64,000 bases of DNA, taken from Myxococcales bacterium. GTDB lineage: Bacteria; Myxococcota_A; Polyangia; Polyangiales; Polyangiaceae. The translations under genes were made by a program, and so were the position numbers. This document shows, one piece after another, positions 50,191 to 60,050 of this stretch (position 1 is the stretch's first letter; each line of letters begins with the position of its first letter). The notes under the pieces were generated by a model. It had not been told where the DNA came from and made no database searches. It was given only the letters and a program-made list of their open reading frames with translations. The stretch spans positions 32,001 to 96,000 of the forward strand of contig JAYTOU010000023.1 of NCBI GenBank assembly GCA_043747615.1, written 5' to 3'.

Positions 50191-53117
50191 CGGAGGAGCC
50201 CTTCCGCGTAGCGCCGCACGGCGTCTTTGTGTCTGCCGCTCGAAGGCTGGCCGAGCCCATTGATGACCCGTCGACGAAAATCTTCAGGCCCTTTGTGAGC
50301 ATCGGCCTTGGGAATCTCCGCGTGATCGGAGGAAGGATCCCCCTCCCCTTCACTGCCGCGATCGCCGTCGTTGCTCGCTCCGAGCGCTTCCTTGGCCATC
50401 TCGAGAAGGCGCTGCGCTTCATGTTGTTTGTTGAGCGCTTTGTCGGCCTCTCCGCGCTTGAGCGCTCGCGCAGCGTCACGCGCCGCCCTCTCCGCCGCTT
50501 CGAGGGAATCGATCGCCGGCGCAGGAAGGGCCTGCTCCCTCCCCTTCTCTCCCAGTTTCTTTGCGCGATCGGCCATCTTATTTTCTTCGTCACCGCTCGT
50601 CGCGAGATCCGACCCAGCGCGTTCCGAAGCTTTTTTCCGCAGCCCCTCGAGCTGCTCTTCCGCCCACTTCACCTCGGGTTCCAGCTTCTTTCGTGCGTCG
50701 TCGATCCGCTTTTCTGCGTCGGTATCGCCCGACGGGGCGAAGCTCGAAAATCGCTCGCGCTGCGCCGTGCGCTTTGCTTCGTCGAGTGCCTGGAGCGCGT
50801 TGCGGCCGCTTGTGACCGCGTCTGCCGGATTTCCCTGCTCGAGAGAGTGCGCCATCTGATCGGCGTGCTCTCGGGCCGCGGCGCCCTTGCTCGTCCACGA
50901 ATCGCTGCCGGCACCTACGCTCGGGAGCGGGCGGGCGGCTTCGCGCACAGCGGCGGCGTGCTTTTTCGCTTCCTCGATGAGCGACTTGAGCTCCTCGTCG
51001 CTGGATTTTCCGCTGAGCGCGCGCTCGACATTTCCGACGCCGGCGGCGTGATCGTTCGCGAGCTGCTCGAGCTCCTGCGCGGCCTCGTTGAACGCTTGAT
51101 CGGCGTCGCCCTCGCCCTCCGCGCCGTCCCCCGGAGTGCCCCGTGCGCCGCCCGACTCTCCTCCGCCGCGCCCTGACTTTCCCTGCGATCCGAAGGAAGG
51201 ATCGGGCTGGTGAAGACGTGCGGCGAGATCGCGGGCGGCGAGCTCGGCGTGCCAAAGGTCATTCTCTTTTCGAGCTCGACTCACGCGCGAAAGATCGGAG
51301 CCGATGATCTCACCGAGATCGCGACCGAGGGATCCAAGATGCATCATGGCGCGCGAGCCGCCGTTCAAGACCAAGCTGGCCGCGTCCATCCGGGCGATAC
51401 CGCGCGCGGCTTCGAGCTTCGGATCGCGCTGGAGCTGCGACGCGCCCGCCGCGAGCTCGTCGGCGACCTCTGCGAGCTGGCGCGCGGATTCTTTGGCATC
51501 GTGAAATCCGAGGCCCCGCAGCATGGCGTCGATCACCAGCACCAGGCGCTCCGTCGTCTTGATGAGAAGAGCGTGCGTGCCGACGCTGGGAGCGCGCGCT
51601 TCCATGTCGACCGCTTCACGCACCTTGCGCATCTGGCCACGGAGCATCGCCTGGAGGCGCGGCGCCACCCGCACGCCCGCATAGGAGCCGGTGAGGGTCG
51701 CATCGAGAAGCTCGGCGTTCTCATCCGCTCCTCGAAGCTCGTCGGAGAGAAACGCCTTCCGACCCGCCGCGGTGCTCGGCACGCTGTGGGAGAGGCGCCA
51801 TCCCAGGGTGTCGACCAGGGCATCGCGGAGCTTGCGCAATCCGTCGATGCGGCGCGCTTCCGGCTCCCCGACGTCGGGCGGGACCACCGTGATGGCTGCG
51901 CTCGCGCCCCATTTCGGCCCCGTCACAGGATCGTTGTCCTTGGCCTCTACACGCACTTCCACCGGAGCGTGACTCTTCTTGAGAAATGGATCGGTCGCTC
52001 GAAGAACGTGCCCACCGCGGTCGAAACGCGTCTCGCCATCGAGCCGCGCCAGCACCCGCCGCTCTTCGCGGGTGCCCGAGCGTAGGACGAGATGAACCTC
52101 GCGCAGACCGTGGTCGTCGGTCACCTCGTAGCGAATCGGGATCTCGGTCACCTCTTCACCGCTCGCGAGGACGAGCTGTTTCGGTGCACCCTCGAGGGTC
52201 ACGTCCGGCGCGCGATCTTGAATCGAGATCACCGGCGTGAGCTGCGGCTCTTCGATCACGACATTTCCGAAGTTTGCGACGACCCGTAAATTAACGCTCT
52301 CAGCGAGCGGCCAGCGAGCGATCATTCCCCCCGCGCCGTCGTCGACGAAGGGTACTTCGCTCGCGCCGTCCGTGAGCGTGAGGCGGCGCCCGGTGTGGGT
52401 CGCCACGCCGCGAAAGGTGATGAGCGTGCCGCGAGGAAGGGACAGCTCGGCGAACGGGATCTCGCGCCACTCGTCTTCGTGCAGATATTCGGGCGGGCGC
52501 GCCCGCACTTCGAGATCGTCCAACCAGCGCATGGCAAGCGGGCCCACACGATGACGAGCGACGAGGACGTCCGCACCCTCGAAGAGCGCCCAAGGATTGG
52601 TCAGGCAGAGGACGAGCGCGGGTACGGCGAGGACGATGGCGGCGATCTTGAGGCGCGATCCGTAACGCCGCGCCGCGTCGACGATGCGATCGTAGGGAAG
52701 CGCGGCGATGGACCGCGCGACGTGGAGGCGGGCAAGCTCGCGCGAGGTGCCGTCGCGACGAAGAGTCTTGTTTTCCTTGCTGCGAGCATTGCCGCCGTCG
52801 TCGAGAAGGGTGAGCGCGCGGAGGGCGCGATCCGTTCGCTCCGGGTCTGCGCTCTGACCAACGCGACGCAGAACGCGCGCAGGCTCCGACCACACGCGGC
52901 GCTCGCGACGGGCGAGCAGGCCAAGTACCACGGCCGTGATCCCTAGCGCGAGGGCAGCGCCGAGACGCGCGCGGGCCGTTCCTTCACGCGCGACGAGGAG
53001 CGCGACGAGCACGACGAGCACCACGAATGCCGTCACCGCACGCTGCCGAGGCGTACGCACGGCGTCGAGCCACGCATCCGCGAGCGGACGAAGTGGCGCC
53101 GTGAGATCCTGTTTCAC
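50187..53117 (-). CDS. DUF4175-like membrane-anchored coiled-coil protein
   Basis: Three N-terminal TMs; D..P.V / DDHGL / EAKDND Ig-like motifs; long coiled coils; ...VRRYAEGLLR end; ATGA overlap with the next gene. Confidence 0.72.
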   Translation of the reverse strand: MKQDLTAPLRPLADAWLDAVRTPRQRAVTAFVVLVVLVALLVAREGTARARLGAALALGITAVVLGLLARRERRVWSEPARVLRRVGQSADPERTDRALRALTLLDDGGNARSKENKTLRRDGTSRELARLHVARSIAALPYDRIVDAARRYGSRLKIAAIVLAVPALVLCLTNPWALFEGADVLVARHRVGPLAMRWLDDLEVRARPPEYLHEDEWREIPFAELSLPRGTLITFRGVATHTGRRLTLTDGASEVPFVDDGAGGMIARWPLAESVNLRVVANFGNVVIEEPQLTPVISIQDRAPDVTLEGAPKQLVLASGEEVTEIPIRYEVTDDHGLREVHLVLRSGTREERRVLARLDGETRFDRGGHVLRATDPFLKKSHAPVEVRVEAKDNDPVTGPKWGASAAITVVPPDVGEPEARRIDGLRKLRDALVDTLGWRLSHSVPSTAAGRKAFLSDELRGADENAELLDATLTGSYAGVRVAPRLQAMLRGQMRKVREAVDMEARAPSVGTHALLIKTTERLVLVIDAMLRGLGFHDAKESARQLAEVADELAAGASQLQRDPKLEAARGIARMDAASLVLNGGSRAMMHLGSLGRDLGEIIGSDLSRVSRARKENDLWHAELAARDLAARLHQPDPSFGSQGKSGRGGGESGGARGTPGDGAEGEGDADQAFNEAAQELEQLANDHAAGVGNVERALSGKSSDEELKSLIEEAKKHAAAVREAARPLPSVGAGSDSWTSKGAAAREHADQMAHSLEQGNPADAVTSGRNALQALDEAKRTAQRERFSSFAPSGDTDAEKRIDDARKKLEPEVKWAEEQLEGLRKKASERAGSDLATSGDEENKMADRAKKLGEKGREQALPAPAIDSLEAAERAARDAARALKRGEADKALNKQHEAQRLLEMAKEALGASNDGDRGSEGEGDPSSDHAEIPKADAHKGPEDFRRRVINGLGQPSSGRHKDAVRRYAEGLLR

Positions 53118-53169
53118 GCTTGGAATCTAGCACTCCTGCGACCGAGACCACCCGTAGAGTTCGACGCCT

Positions 53170-54741
53170 TTAGGAAGAGGCGGGAGGGCTCGGTGCAGGC
53201 GGGGGGGGCTGCGGAAAAGGAAAGCCACTCGGGATGGTGAAGCCCGGAGGCACGCTCATCGAAGGCAAGGGGAATGGGAACGTGCTCGGGAACGTCGAAG
53301 GAAACGGAGGGATCTGTCCGTTCGGGGGAGTCTCGCTCGCGGTCGGGCGCGCCGAGCTGCTTGCGCTCGTGGACGTGCGCGGCGGAGGCGACGGCCGCAC
53401 GGCGGGGGTCGTCGTTCCAACGAGCGGCGTGAGGGGAGCCACCGGATCGTTCGTGGGAGCGGTCGGTGTGGGAGCGGTCGGCGTCGCCGTCGCGGGCGTG
53501 ATCTGCGTCGCCGTCGGCAGGGTCGGGGTCGGGCTCTCCTTCATGTTGTTGACGACAAGGGCAACGACCACGCCGACGCCCAAGAGAAGCGGCAGCGCGA
53601 TCAACATCCACATGGACGACCGCTTCTTTCGCTTCGGCCTACGCGCGTCCGGATCGTTGTGATGAGAACCGTGCTCGGGCACCCATGCTCGACCGGCCTG
53701 CGCGTTCATCCCTGGCGGCGCGGTTCGCACTTCTTCAGAGCGGGCCTGGGTCTTCGCTGAGCCCAACGCGCCGGGAGGCTGCGCTGGCTGCATGAACGCG
53801 CCTTCCGCAGGCGCTCCAAGCACGGTGGAGGCACTGAGTTGCGGCGGACGCGCCTGTGCTTCGAGCGGACTCGTCGCCTGCCGCTTCTCGACGCTGAGCG
53901 ATACGTTGTCGAGCGCGAGGCGCATCTCCGCAGCACTCCCGAAGCGGAGCTCGGCGCGCGCAGCCATCGCGCGATGGACGAGACCGGCAAGCTCGCGCGG
54001 CACCTCGGGGGCGGCATGCACGAGCGGTCGAACATCTCCCCGCTCGATCTTCACGGCGATGAGACGCGCGTCTTCCCCGCTCACCGGACGCACACCCGAG
54101 ATCATCTCGTAGAGCATCACCCCGACGGCGTAGATGTCGGAGCGAGCGTCGACTTTATCGGCAGAATACGCCTGTTCGGGCGCCATGTATTCGGCCGTTC
54201 CCATCATCACGCCGGCCACCGTGAGCGAGCGCGCTTGGGGGTCGCTGCTCCGGAGCTTGGCGATCCCGAAGTCGATCAACTTGATGACCGGCTTGTTTCC
54301 CACGAAGGTCACGAACACATTTTCGGGCTTGAGATCGCGGTGCACGACACCGAGCGCGTGCGCCGCCTCGAGCGCTTCGAGCACCTGCGTCGTGTAATCG
54401 ATCGCCGTAGCGATCGGGATCTTCCGGTCGCGCTCGAGGACGCTGGAGAGCGGCTCCCCCTCGAGCAGATCCATCACGATGTAGGCCACGCCTTCCGGAG
54501 TGCGATCGACGTCGGTCACGTGCACCACGTTCGCGCTGCGGATCTGCGCCGCAACGCGCGCCTCCTGGAGAAAGCGCTCGATGAGCCCGGGCCGCCGCGC
54601 GAGATCCGCATGGAGCACCTTGATGGCTACCTTCGTCCCGAGGATCTCGTGTTGGGCTTCGTAGACGGAGCCCATGCCGCCATCGCCGAGGAGGCGAAGG
54701 AGCCGGTATTTCCCGCTTACGACCTGGCCAATCTGAATCAC
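53170..54741 (-). CDS. Membrane-bound Hanks-type Ser/Thr protein kinase
   Basis: GDGGMG, VAIK, HRDLKPEN, DFG, YMAPEQ; TM; P/T/F-rich tail. Confidence 0.95.
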   Translation of the reverse strand: MIQIGQVVSGKYRLLRLLGDGGMGSVYEAQHEILGTKVAIKVLHADLARRPGLIERFLQEARVAAQIRSANVVHVTDVDRTPEGVAYIVMDLLEGEPLSSVLERDRKIPIATAIDYTTQVLEALEAAHALGVVHRDLKPENVFVTFVGNKPVIKLIDFGIAKLRSSDPQARSLTVAGVMMGTAEYMAPEQAYSADKVDARSDIYAVGVMLYEMISGVRPVSGEDARLIAVKIERGDVRPLVHAAPEVPRELAGLVHRAMAARAELRFGSAAEMRLALDNVSLSVEKRQATSPLEAQARPPQLSASTVLGAPAEGAFMQPAQPPGALGSAKTQARSEEVRTAPPGMNAQAGRAWVPEHGSHHNDPDARRPKRKKRSSMWMLIALPLLLGVGVVVALVVNNMKESPTPTLPTATQITPATATPTAPTPTAPTNDPVAPLTPLVGTTTPAVRPSPPPRTSTSASSSARPTASETPPNGQIPPFPSTFPSTFPFPLPSMSVPPGFTIPSGFPFPQPPPPAPSPPASS

Positions 54742-54812
54742 GTCCGTTCAGTTCTACCACGGTGGGGGGGTTGCCCCTTGCAGAACCGAGGCTCTTGAGG
54801 GCAAAAAGGGGC

Positions 54813-55814
54813 ATGATCACCCGCTCCACGATTCTCGGCGTCGGTCACTACGTCCCCACCAAGGTCGTCACCAACGACGATCTCGCCAAGATGATGAACA
54901 CCTCGAACGAGTGGATCGTGCAGCGCACCGGCATTCGCGAGCGGCGGTACATCGAGCACAGCGGAGTTGGCGCGAGCGACCTCGCGGTTCCGGCTGCAAA
55001 AATGGCGCTCGAGCATGCGGGCAAGACCACGAAGGACATCGACGCGATCATTTTTGCAACCCTCTCGCCCGATCATTGCTTCCCCGGATCAGGCTGTTTT
55101 CTCGGGCACAAGCTCGACATGCCCGGCGTCCCTGCGCTCGACGTTCGAAACCAGTGCTCTGGATTTCTCTACGGCCTCTCCATCGCCGACGCGTGGGTTC
55201 GCGCGGGCGTCTACAAGAACGTCCTTCTCGTGGGCGCAGAGGTTCACTCTACCGGAATCGAGTTTGCCGATCGCGGACGTGACGTGACGGTGCTCTTCGG
55301 AGACGGCGCGGGGGCCGCGGTAATCGGTGCTGCGACCGAGCCCAACCAGGGGATCAAAGCGCTTCGCATCCACGCCGACGGCTCAGGTGCGAAGGAGCTG
55401 TGGGTGGAGGCGCCCGCGAGCGGAGAAATTCCGCGCATCACGAAGGAGATGATCGACGAGGGAAAGCAATTTCCGGCGATGCAGGGGAAACAAGTCTTTC
55501 GCTGGGCCACCGAGAAAATGCCGGAGGTCGCGCGCGACGTGATGAAAGAAGCGAACGTCACCGCCGACGAGATCGATCTCTTCGTCCCGCATCAGGCCAA
55601 CCTGCGCATCAATCAGTTCGTGGGGCAGAAGCTCGGAATCCCCGAATCGAAGACCGTGAAGAACATCGAGGTCTACGGAAACACCACGGCGGCGACCATT
55701 CCCATCGGTTTGAGCGAGTCGTGGCGCGAAGGCAAATGCCGACGAGGCTCGAACATCCTCATTGCCGCCTTCGGCAGCGGCTACACGTGGGGCGGCTGCG
55801 TGATTACGCTCTAG
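54813..55814 (+). CDS. fabH: 3-oxoacyl-ACP synthase III
   Basis: WI..RTGI..R, QCSGF, FGDGAGA, PHQAN.RI, YGNT: Cys-His-Asn triad intact. Confidence 0.88.
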   Translation: MITRSTILGVGHYVPTKVVTNDDLAKMMNTSNEWIVQRTGIRERRYIEHSGVGASDLAVPAAKMALEHAGKTTKDIDAIIFATLSPDHCFPGSGCFLGHKLDMPGVPALDVRNQCSGFLYGLSIADAWVRAGVYKNVLLVGAEVHSTGIEFADRGRDVTVLFGDGAGAAVIGAATEPNQGIKALRIHADGSGAKELWVEAPASGEIPRITKEMIDEGKQFPAMQGKQVFRWATEKMPEVARDVMKEANVTADEIDLFVPHQANLRINQFVGQKLGIPESKTVKNIEVYGNTTAATIPIGLSESWREGKCRRGSNILIAAFGSGYTWGGCVITL

Positions 55815-55832
55815 ATGTGCTAATTGGTGACG

Positions 55833-57329
55833 ATGGAACGTCCCAAGCCCGCGCGTGATCTCGACTGGGCTCCCGCGCGCGCACGTGAGCTCGGTGATCG
55901 CGTGGTCATGCTGTGGCAGGAGCTTCTCGAGAAGTTGCCGGCGCTACCTGTCCGCCACACCAAGGGAGAAGCTGCGGTTCGCGAAGCAGTAACTTTTCCG
56001 ATTCCGGACGAGCCGCTCTCGCTCGACGCGCTCCTCGCGCACATGCGATCGGTCGCCCTCGAGCATTCGACGCTGACCGGTCACCCGCGCTTCATGGCGT
56101 ACATAACGGGAGCGGGCACGGTGCCTGGTGCTGCGGCTGATCTGCTCGCGGCGGCGCTCAACCAGAACGTGGGCGGCTGGATGCTGAGCCCCGCGGCGAC
56201 GAGCATCGAGCTTCACCTGACCCAGTGGTTCGCCGAGCAGCTCGGTCTACCGAAGGGCGCCTTCGGACTGCTCGTGTCGGGCGGGGCGATGGCGAACTTC
56301 GTGGCGCTCAAGGCTGCACGAGACGCGCGGATCGGACTCGACGTGCGGAAGGAGGGTCTTCGCGGTCGCACCATCGCCCTCTACGCCTCGACAGAGGCGC
56401 ATGCAGTGATCGACCGCGCGGCAGACATGCTCGGTCTCGGTACGAATGCGGTACGCAAGATCCCGGTCGATCATGCGGGTCGCATGCGGGTCGATCTCCT
56501 CGAAGCGGAGATCGCCAAGGACGTCGCGGCCGGGGTCGAGCCAGGCATCGTCGTCGGCACGGCGGGCACCGTGGCCACGGGGGCGATCGATCCCCTCAGC
56601 GAGCTTGCGGAGCTCTGCTCCCGGCACCACCTGTGGTTCCACGTCGATGGCGCTTACGGTGCGCTCGCCGCCCTCACCGACGAGCTGAGGCCTTTATTTC
56701 GTGGTCTCGAACGCGCAGACACCATCGCCTTCGATCCTCACAAGTGGATGTACACGCCGCACTCGGGTGGCTGCGTCATCGCTCGGGAGCCGCAGCGCCT
56801 CGCCGACGCATTCGCGCTCAAGCCGACCTACATTCAGCAGGACAAGACCCGCACCGGCGCGGGGATCGACTTCAGCATGATGGGACCGCAGTTCAGCCGC
56901 GGCTTCCAAGCCTTCAAGATCTGGATCTCACTCCTCGCTCACGGCAAGCGGGCGTACACGAAGCGCATCGCCCACGACGTCGCGCTGGCGAGGTACATGG
57001 CCAGCCGGGCCGAAGCCCACCCGAACCTCGAAGTGATGGCCCCGGTCACGCTCTCGATCTGCTGCTTCCGTTACGTTCCCGAAGGGCTTCCTCCGGGGAG
57101 CGACGCCTACCTCGACGCGCTCAACGAACGGCTCATGAACGAGATTCAGATGGATGGACGCGCCTTTTGCTCGAACGCTATTTTGAACGGACGCTTCGTC
57201 TTGCGGGCGTGCATCGTGAATTTCCGGACCGAGGCCGCAGACGTCGACGCGATGCTCGACGTCGCGGTCGAGCTCGGTACGCGTTTACACCTAAGCGGCG
57301 CGGGGGAGCGGCTCGAACGCGGGATGTAA
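55833..57329 (+). CDS. Group II PLP-dependent (aromatic L-amino acid-type) decarboxylase
   Basis: HPRFMAY, SGG..ANF, WFHVDGAYG, DPHKW (PLP Lys). Confidence 0.88.
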   Translation: MERPKPARDLDWAPARARELGDRVVMLWQELLEKLPALPVRHTKGEAAVREAVTFPIPDEPLSLDALLAHMRSVALEHSTLTGHPRFMAYITGAGTVPGAAADLLAAALNQNVGGWMLSPAATSIELHLTQWFAEQLGLPKGAFGLLVSGGAMANFVALKAARDARIGLDVRKEGLRGRTIALYASTEAHAVIDRAADMLGLGTNAVRKIPVDHAGRMRVDLLEAEIAKDVAAGVEPGIVVGTAGTVATGAIDPLSELAELCSRHHLWFHVDGAYGALAALTDELRPLFRGLERADTIAFDPHKWMYTPHSGGCVIAREPQRLADAFALKPTYIQQDKTRTGAGIDFSMMGPQFSRGFQAFKIWISLLAHGKRAYTKRIAHDVALARYMASRAEAHPNLEVMAPVTLSICCFRYVPEGLPPGSDAYLDALNERLMNEIQMDGRAFCSNAILNGRFVLRACIVNFRTEAADVDAMLDVAVELGTRLHLSGAGERLERGM

Positions 57330-58391
57330 GAGCGCCCCGACGGTCTCTGCATCTTCGATCGCGGCGAACACGGGAACGAGCGTGTCGACGCTCTTTTCGC
57401 CGAACGCACCGCTCGACGCGAAGGCACGCGCTTGCGGTCCATCGAGGACGATGAATACGTCGTGGAGGCCATGCGACGGCGCGGAAATCACGTAGGCGAT
57501 GCGCGAGCGATCGAGGTGAAGCTCTTCGTTTGCTCGGGCAATGAGGACGCGCTGATCGGTCACGAAGTACCGCGTAGCCCGGGCAAGGCGAACGGGCCTC
57601 ACGCATGCGGCGTACGCAACGCCGACCGCGACCGCGATGAGCAGGAGCGCGGTGAGCGCGACCCCAGCGACGAAGATCGCGAGGCTCGTCGCGGGCAGGG
57701 CATGTAGCCGAAAAACGCGGCCGAGCGACGGGATGGCATGGGCCACCATGCGGGCCGCTGAGATGGACAGTACGAGGGCGATGAGCCCAGTGAGAACCCT
57801 TCGGATCGTCCACGGCGAAGCGAGCGGCGTCGCGCTCCAGAGAACGCGCTCGCCTGGATCGAGCCTCTGGGTGAGCGGACGCGCACCATCGCCGAGCGGA
57901 GCGGACGGGGTTAGCCCGCGAACGATCGCCCACAAGCGATCGGGGCCCGCGACGCCAGCGAGTGTGAGCTTCAGTGTTCGACGAAGAGCGCCGGTGGGCA
58001 CGGCGCGAACGAGCACGAGATCCCCCGCGCCAGAGACCTGCGAATCCCAGCGAATCAGGGCGTAGCTGATCTCCGAACGATCGATCGTCCGCCGGATGCG
58101 CCCGCGCCGACAGATGACGTGCTTGTCGGTGATGATGTACTCGAGCCCGCTCCGCCAGAGTGCGGGCCCACGCCAAGCGGCGAGAGCGAGCGTCGCGCAC
58201 CACGCGGAGAAAATGATCATACCGCCCACTTGGGCGTGAAACGCAGTGCCCACGACGAGCGCAAAAGAGAGCGCGACGACGGACACCACGGCCGAAGCTA
58301 TCGCCGCTAGTTTGTAGGCGCGCGGAGTGGCCACAACGCGCGGGCGGCCAGACCAAAGAATCGTCTCTCCATAAAGCGAATCACGAGCCAT
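57291..58391 (-). CDS. Membrane protein with tandem bacterial PH (bPH_2)-like repeats
   Basis: Two repeats of GE..LWS..P-TM-TM-Y.(I/V)TD..V. Start set at ATG 58391. Confidence 0.7.
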   Translation of the reverse strand: MARDSLYGETILWSGRPRVVATPRAYKLAAIASAVVSVVALSFALVVGTAFHAQVGGMIIFSAWCATLALAAWRGPALWRSGLEYIITDKHVICRRGRIRRTIDRSEISYALIRWDSQVSGAGDLVLVRAVPTGALRRTLKLTLAGVAGPDRLWAIVRGLTPSAPLGDGARPLTQRLDPGERVLWSATPLASPWTIRRVLTGLIALVLSISAARMVAHAIPSLGRVFRLHALPATSLAIFVAGVALTALLLIAVAVGVAYAACVRPVRLARATRYFVTDQRVLIARANEELHLDRSRIAYVISAPSHGLHDVFIVLDGPQARAFASSGAFGEKSVDTLVPVFAAIEDAETVGALLHPAFEPLPRAA

Positions 58392-58479
58392 CCCGCGGGC
58401 AACCTCTCTCTTTAGGCTGAGCCTGAGGATCGACTCTGTCCAGAGAGACAGACGTAGCTGAGCACGGAAATATTGGGTC

Positions 58480-59493
58480 CTAGGTAGGCAAAGGTCTGGC
58501 CGTGTTGCGCGCCGTGGCCCCCCGGCGAACGGCGTGCTGGACCAGCGCATCACAAAGGTTGGGAAATGAAAGGCCCGCGTACGCAGCGGCCTCGGGGTAG
58601 AGGCTGGTGGCGGTGAAACCTGGCATCGTGTTGACCTCGAGAATGGACACGGCCGCGGGGTCACCGTCGTCACCGACGATCATGTCCACGCGGGAAAGAT
58701 CGCGACAGCCGAGGGCGATGTGGGCATCGATAGCGCGCGAGGCGAGCGACCATCCGAACTTTTCTGGATATGTGGATTCCGGAAATTTCGGGTCCACCGT
58801 GTGGATGCTACGCCCCGCTGCGTAGCGCGCCTCATACGTGTAGAATGCATCTTTGGCGGCGTGGATCTCGGTGAGCACGGCAGTGGGGCCCGACTCCAAA
58901 AAATCGAACACGCTGCAGGTCATCTCTCGACCACGCGCAAAGTGCTCGACCATGGCGACGGCGTCGATCTTCCACACGGCTTCGATGGCCTGCGTCACGC
59001 TCTCGAGGCTCGCCGCTTCGTCGAAACGCGCGACGCCAATGGCCGACCCGTTCGAGCACGGCTTCACCACCAGTCGAGAGCTCACTTCCTTGCGAGCGCG
59101 TTCGGCCGCTGCGCGCGCATCGGCGTTCGTCCCGCGCGTGACGGCGATCCCCTTGGCGACCGGGAGCCCGGCGAGCTGCAAGAGCTTGCGGGCGAGCGCT
59201 TTATTCATGGCGACGGCGCTCGCGAGCACGTTCGACCCCACGTACGGCATGTCATGGACCTCGAGCAGACCCTGGAGCGATCCGTCCTCGCCCACCGCGC
59301 CGTGCACCACCGGGAAGACCACGTCGAACCCGCCGGTGCGGAGCGTCTCCGAGAGCCAGGCATTCAGCTCGATGCGCACGGCGACGTGGCCCGCATCGGT
59401 GAGCGCCTTCGCCACCCCCAACGCCGACGAGCGACTCACCTCCGCCTCCGACGACGGACCTCCCTGAATGACGGCGACGCAGAGGCGCGACAT
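58480..59493 (-). CDS. ddl: D-alanine--D-alanine ligase family protein
   Basis: GGPSSE.EVS, HG..GEDG.LQG, KP...GS, FYTYEARY, RVD, EVNTMPG. Confidence 0.88.
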   Translation of the reverse strand: MSRLCVAVIQGGPSSEAEVSRSSALGVAKALTDAGHVAVRIELNAWLSETLRTGGFDVVFPVVHGAVGEDGSLQGLLEVHDMPYVGSNVLASAVAMNKALARKLLQLAGLPVAKGIAVTRGTNADARAAAERARKEVSSRLVVKPCSNGSAIGVARFDEAASLESVTQAIEAVWKIDAVAMVEHFARGREMTCSVFDFLESGPTAVLTEIHAAKDAFYTYEARYAAGRSIHTVDPKFPESTYPEKFGWSLASRAIDAHIALGCRDLSRVDMIVGDDGDPAAVSILEVNTMPGFTATSLYPEAAAYAGLSFPNLCDALVQHAVRRGATARNTARPLPT

Positions 59494-59933
59494 CACGCTG
59501 CGGGGGACTTCGACAGATCGATGAGCTCGATTCCGAGCGTCTTTGACATCTCGAACACCTTGGCGTCTCGGTAAAATTCGCCGAAGACGATGCGCACGAT
59601 TCCGGCGTTCGCGATCAGGCGAAAGCAACTCCAGCAGGGCGATGCCGTGACGTAGACCCCAGAAGCGTCGATTCGATTGCCGTTCCTCGCGGCCTGGACG
59701 ATCGCGTTGGCCTCGGCGTGGACGGTGCGAACGCAATGCCCGTCTTCCATCAGATGGCCCACGTCGTCGCAGTGAGGAAGTCCCTTGATCGAGCCATTGT
59801 AACCGGTGGCGAGGATGCACTTGTCGCGGACGATCACCGCGCCGACGTGCTTGCGTTCACACGTGGAACGGGTCGCCACCTCCTTCGCGATGTTCATGAA
59901 GTACTCGTCCCAGGAGACGCGATGAACGGACAT
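59493..59933 (-). CDS. dCMP deaminase (ComEB-like)
   Basis: WDEYFM, RSTC, TGYNG, HAEANA, PCWSC. Confidence 0.92.
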   Translation of the reverse strand: MSVHRVSWDEYFMNIAKEVATRSTCERKHVGAVIVRDKCILATGYNGSIKGLPHCDDVGHLMEDGHCVRTVHAEANAIVQAARNGNRIDASGVYVTASPCWSCFRLIANAGIVRIVFGEFYRDAKVFEMSKTLGIELIDLSKSPAA

Positions 59934-60050
59934 GAAATGCAAATTACACCAAGGCGACGCGCGGGAGACCGCGTCTGCACATTAAAATCATCACGCGACC
60001 GGGTTTCGATTGTTCGACACCTACTCGGGCCGGATCGCTATGCTTCGGCC

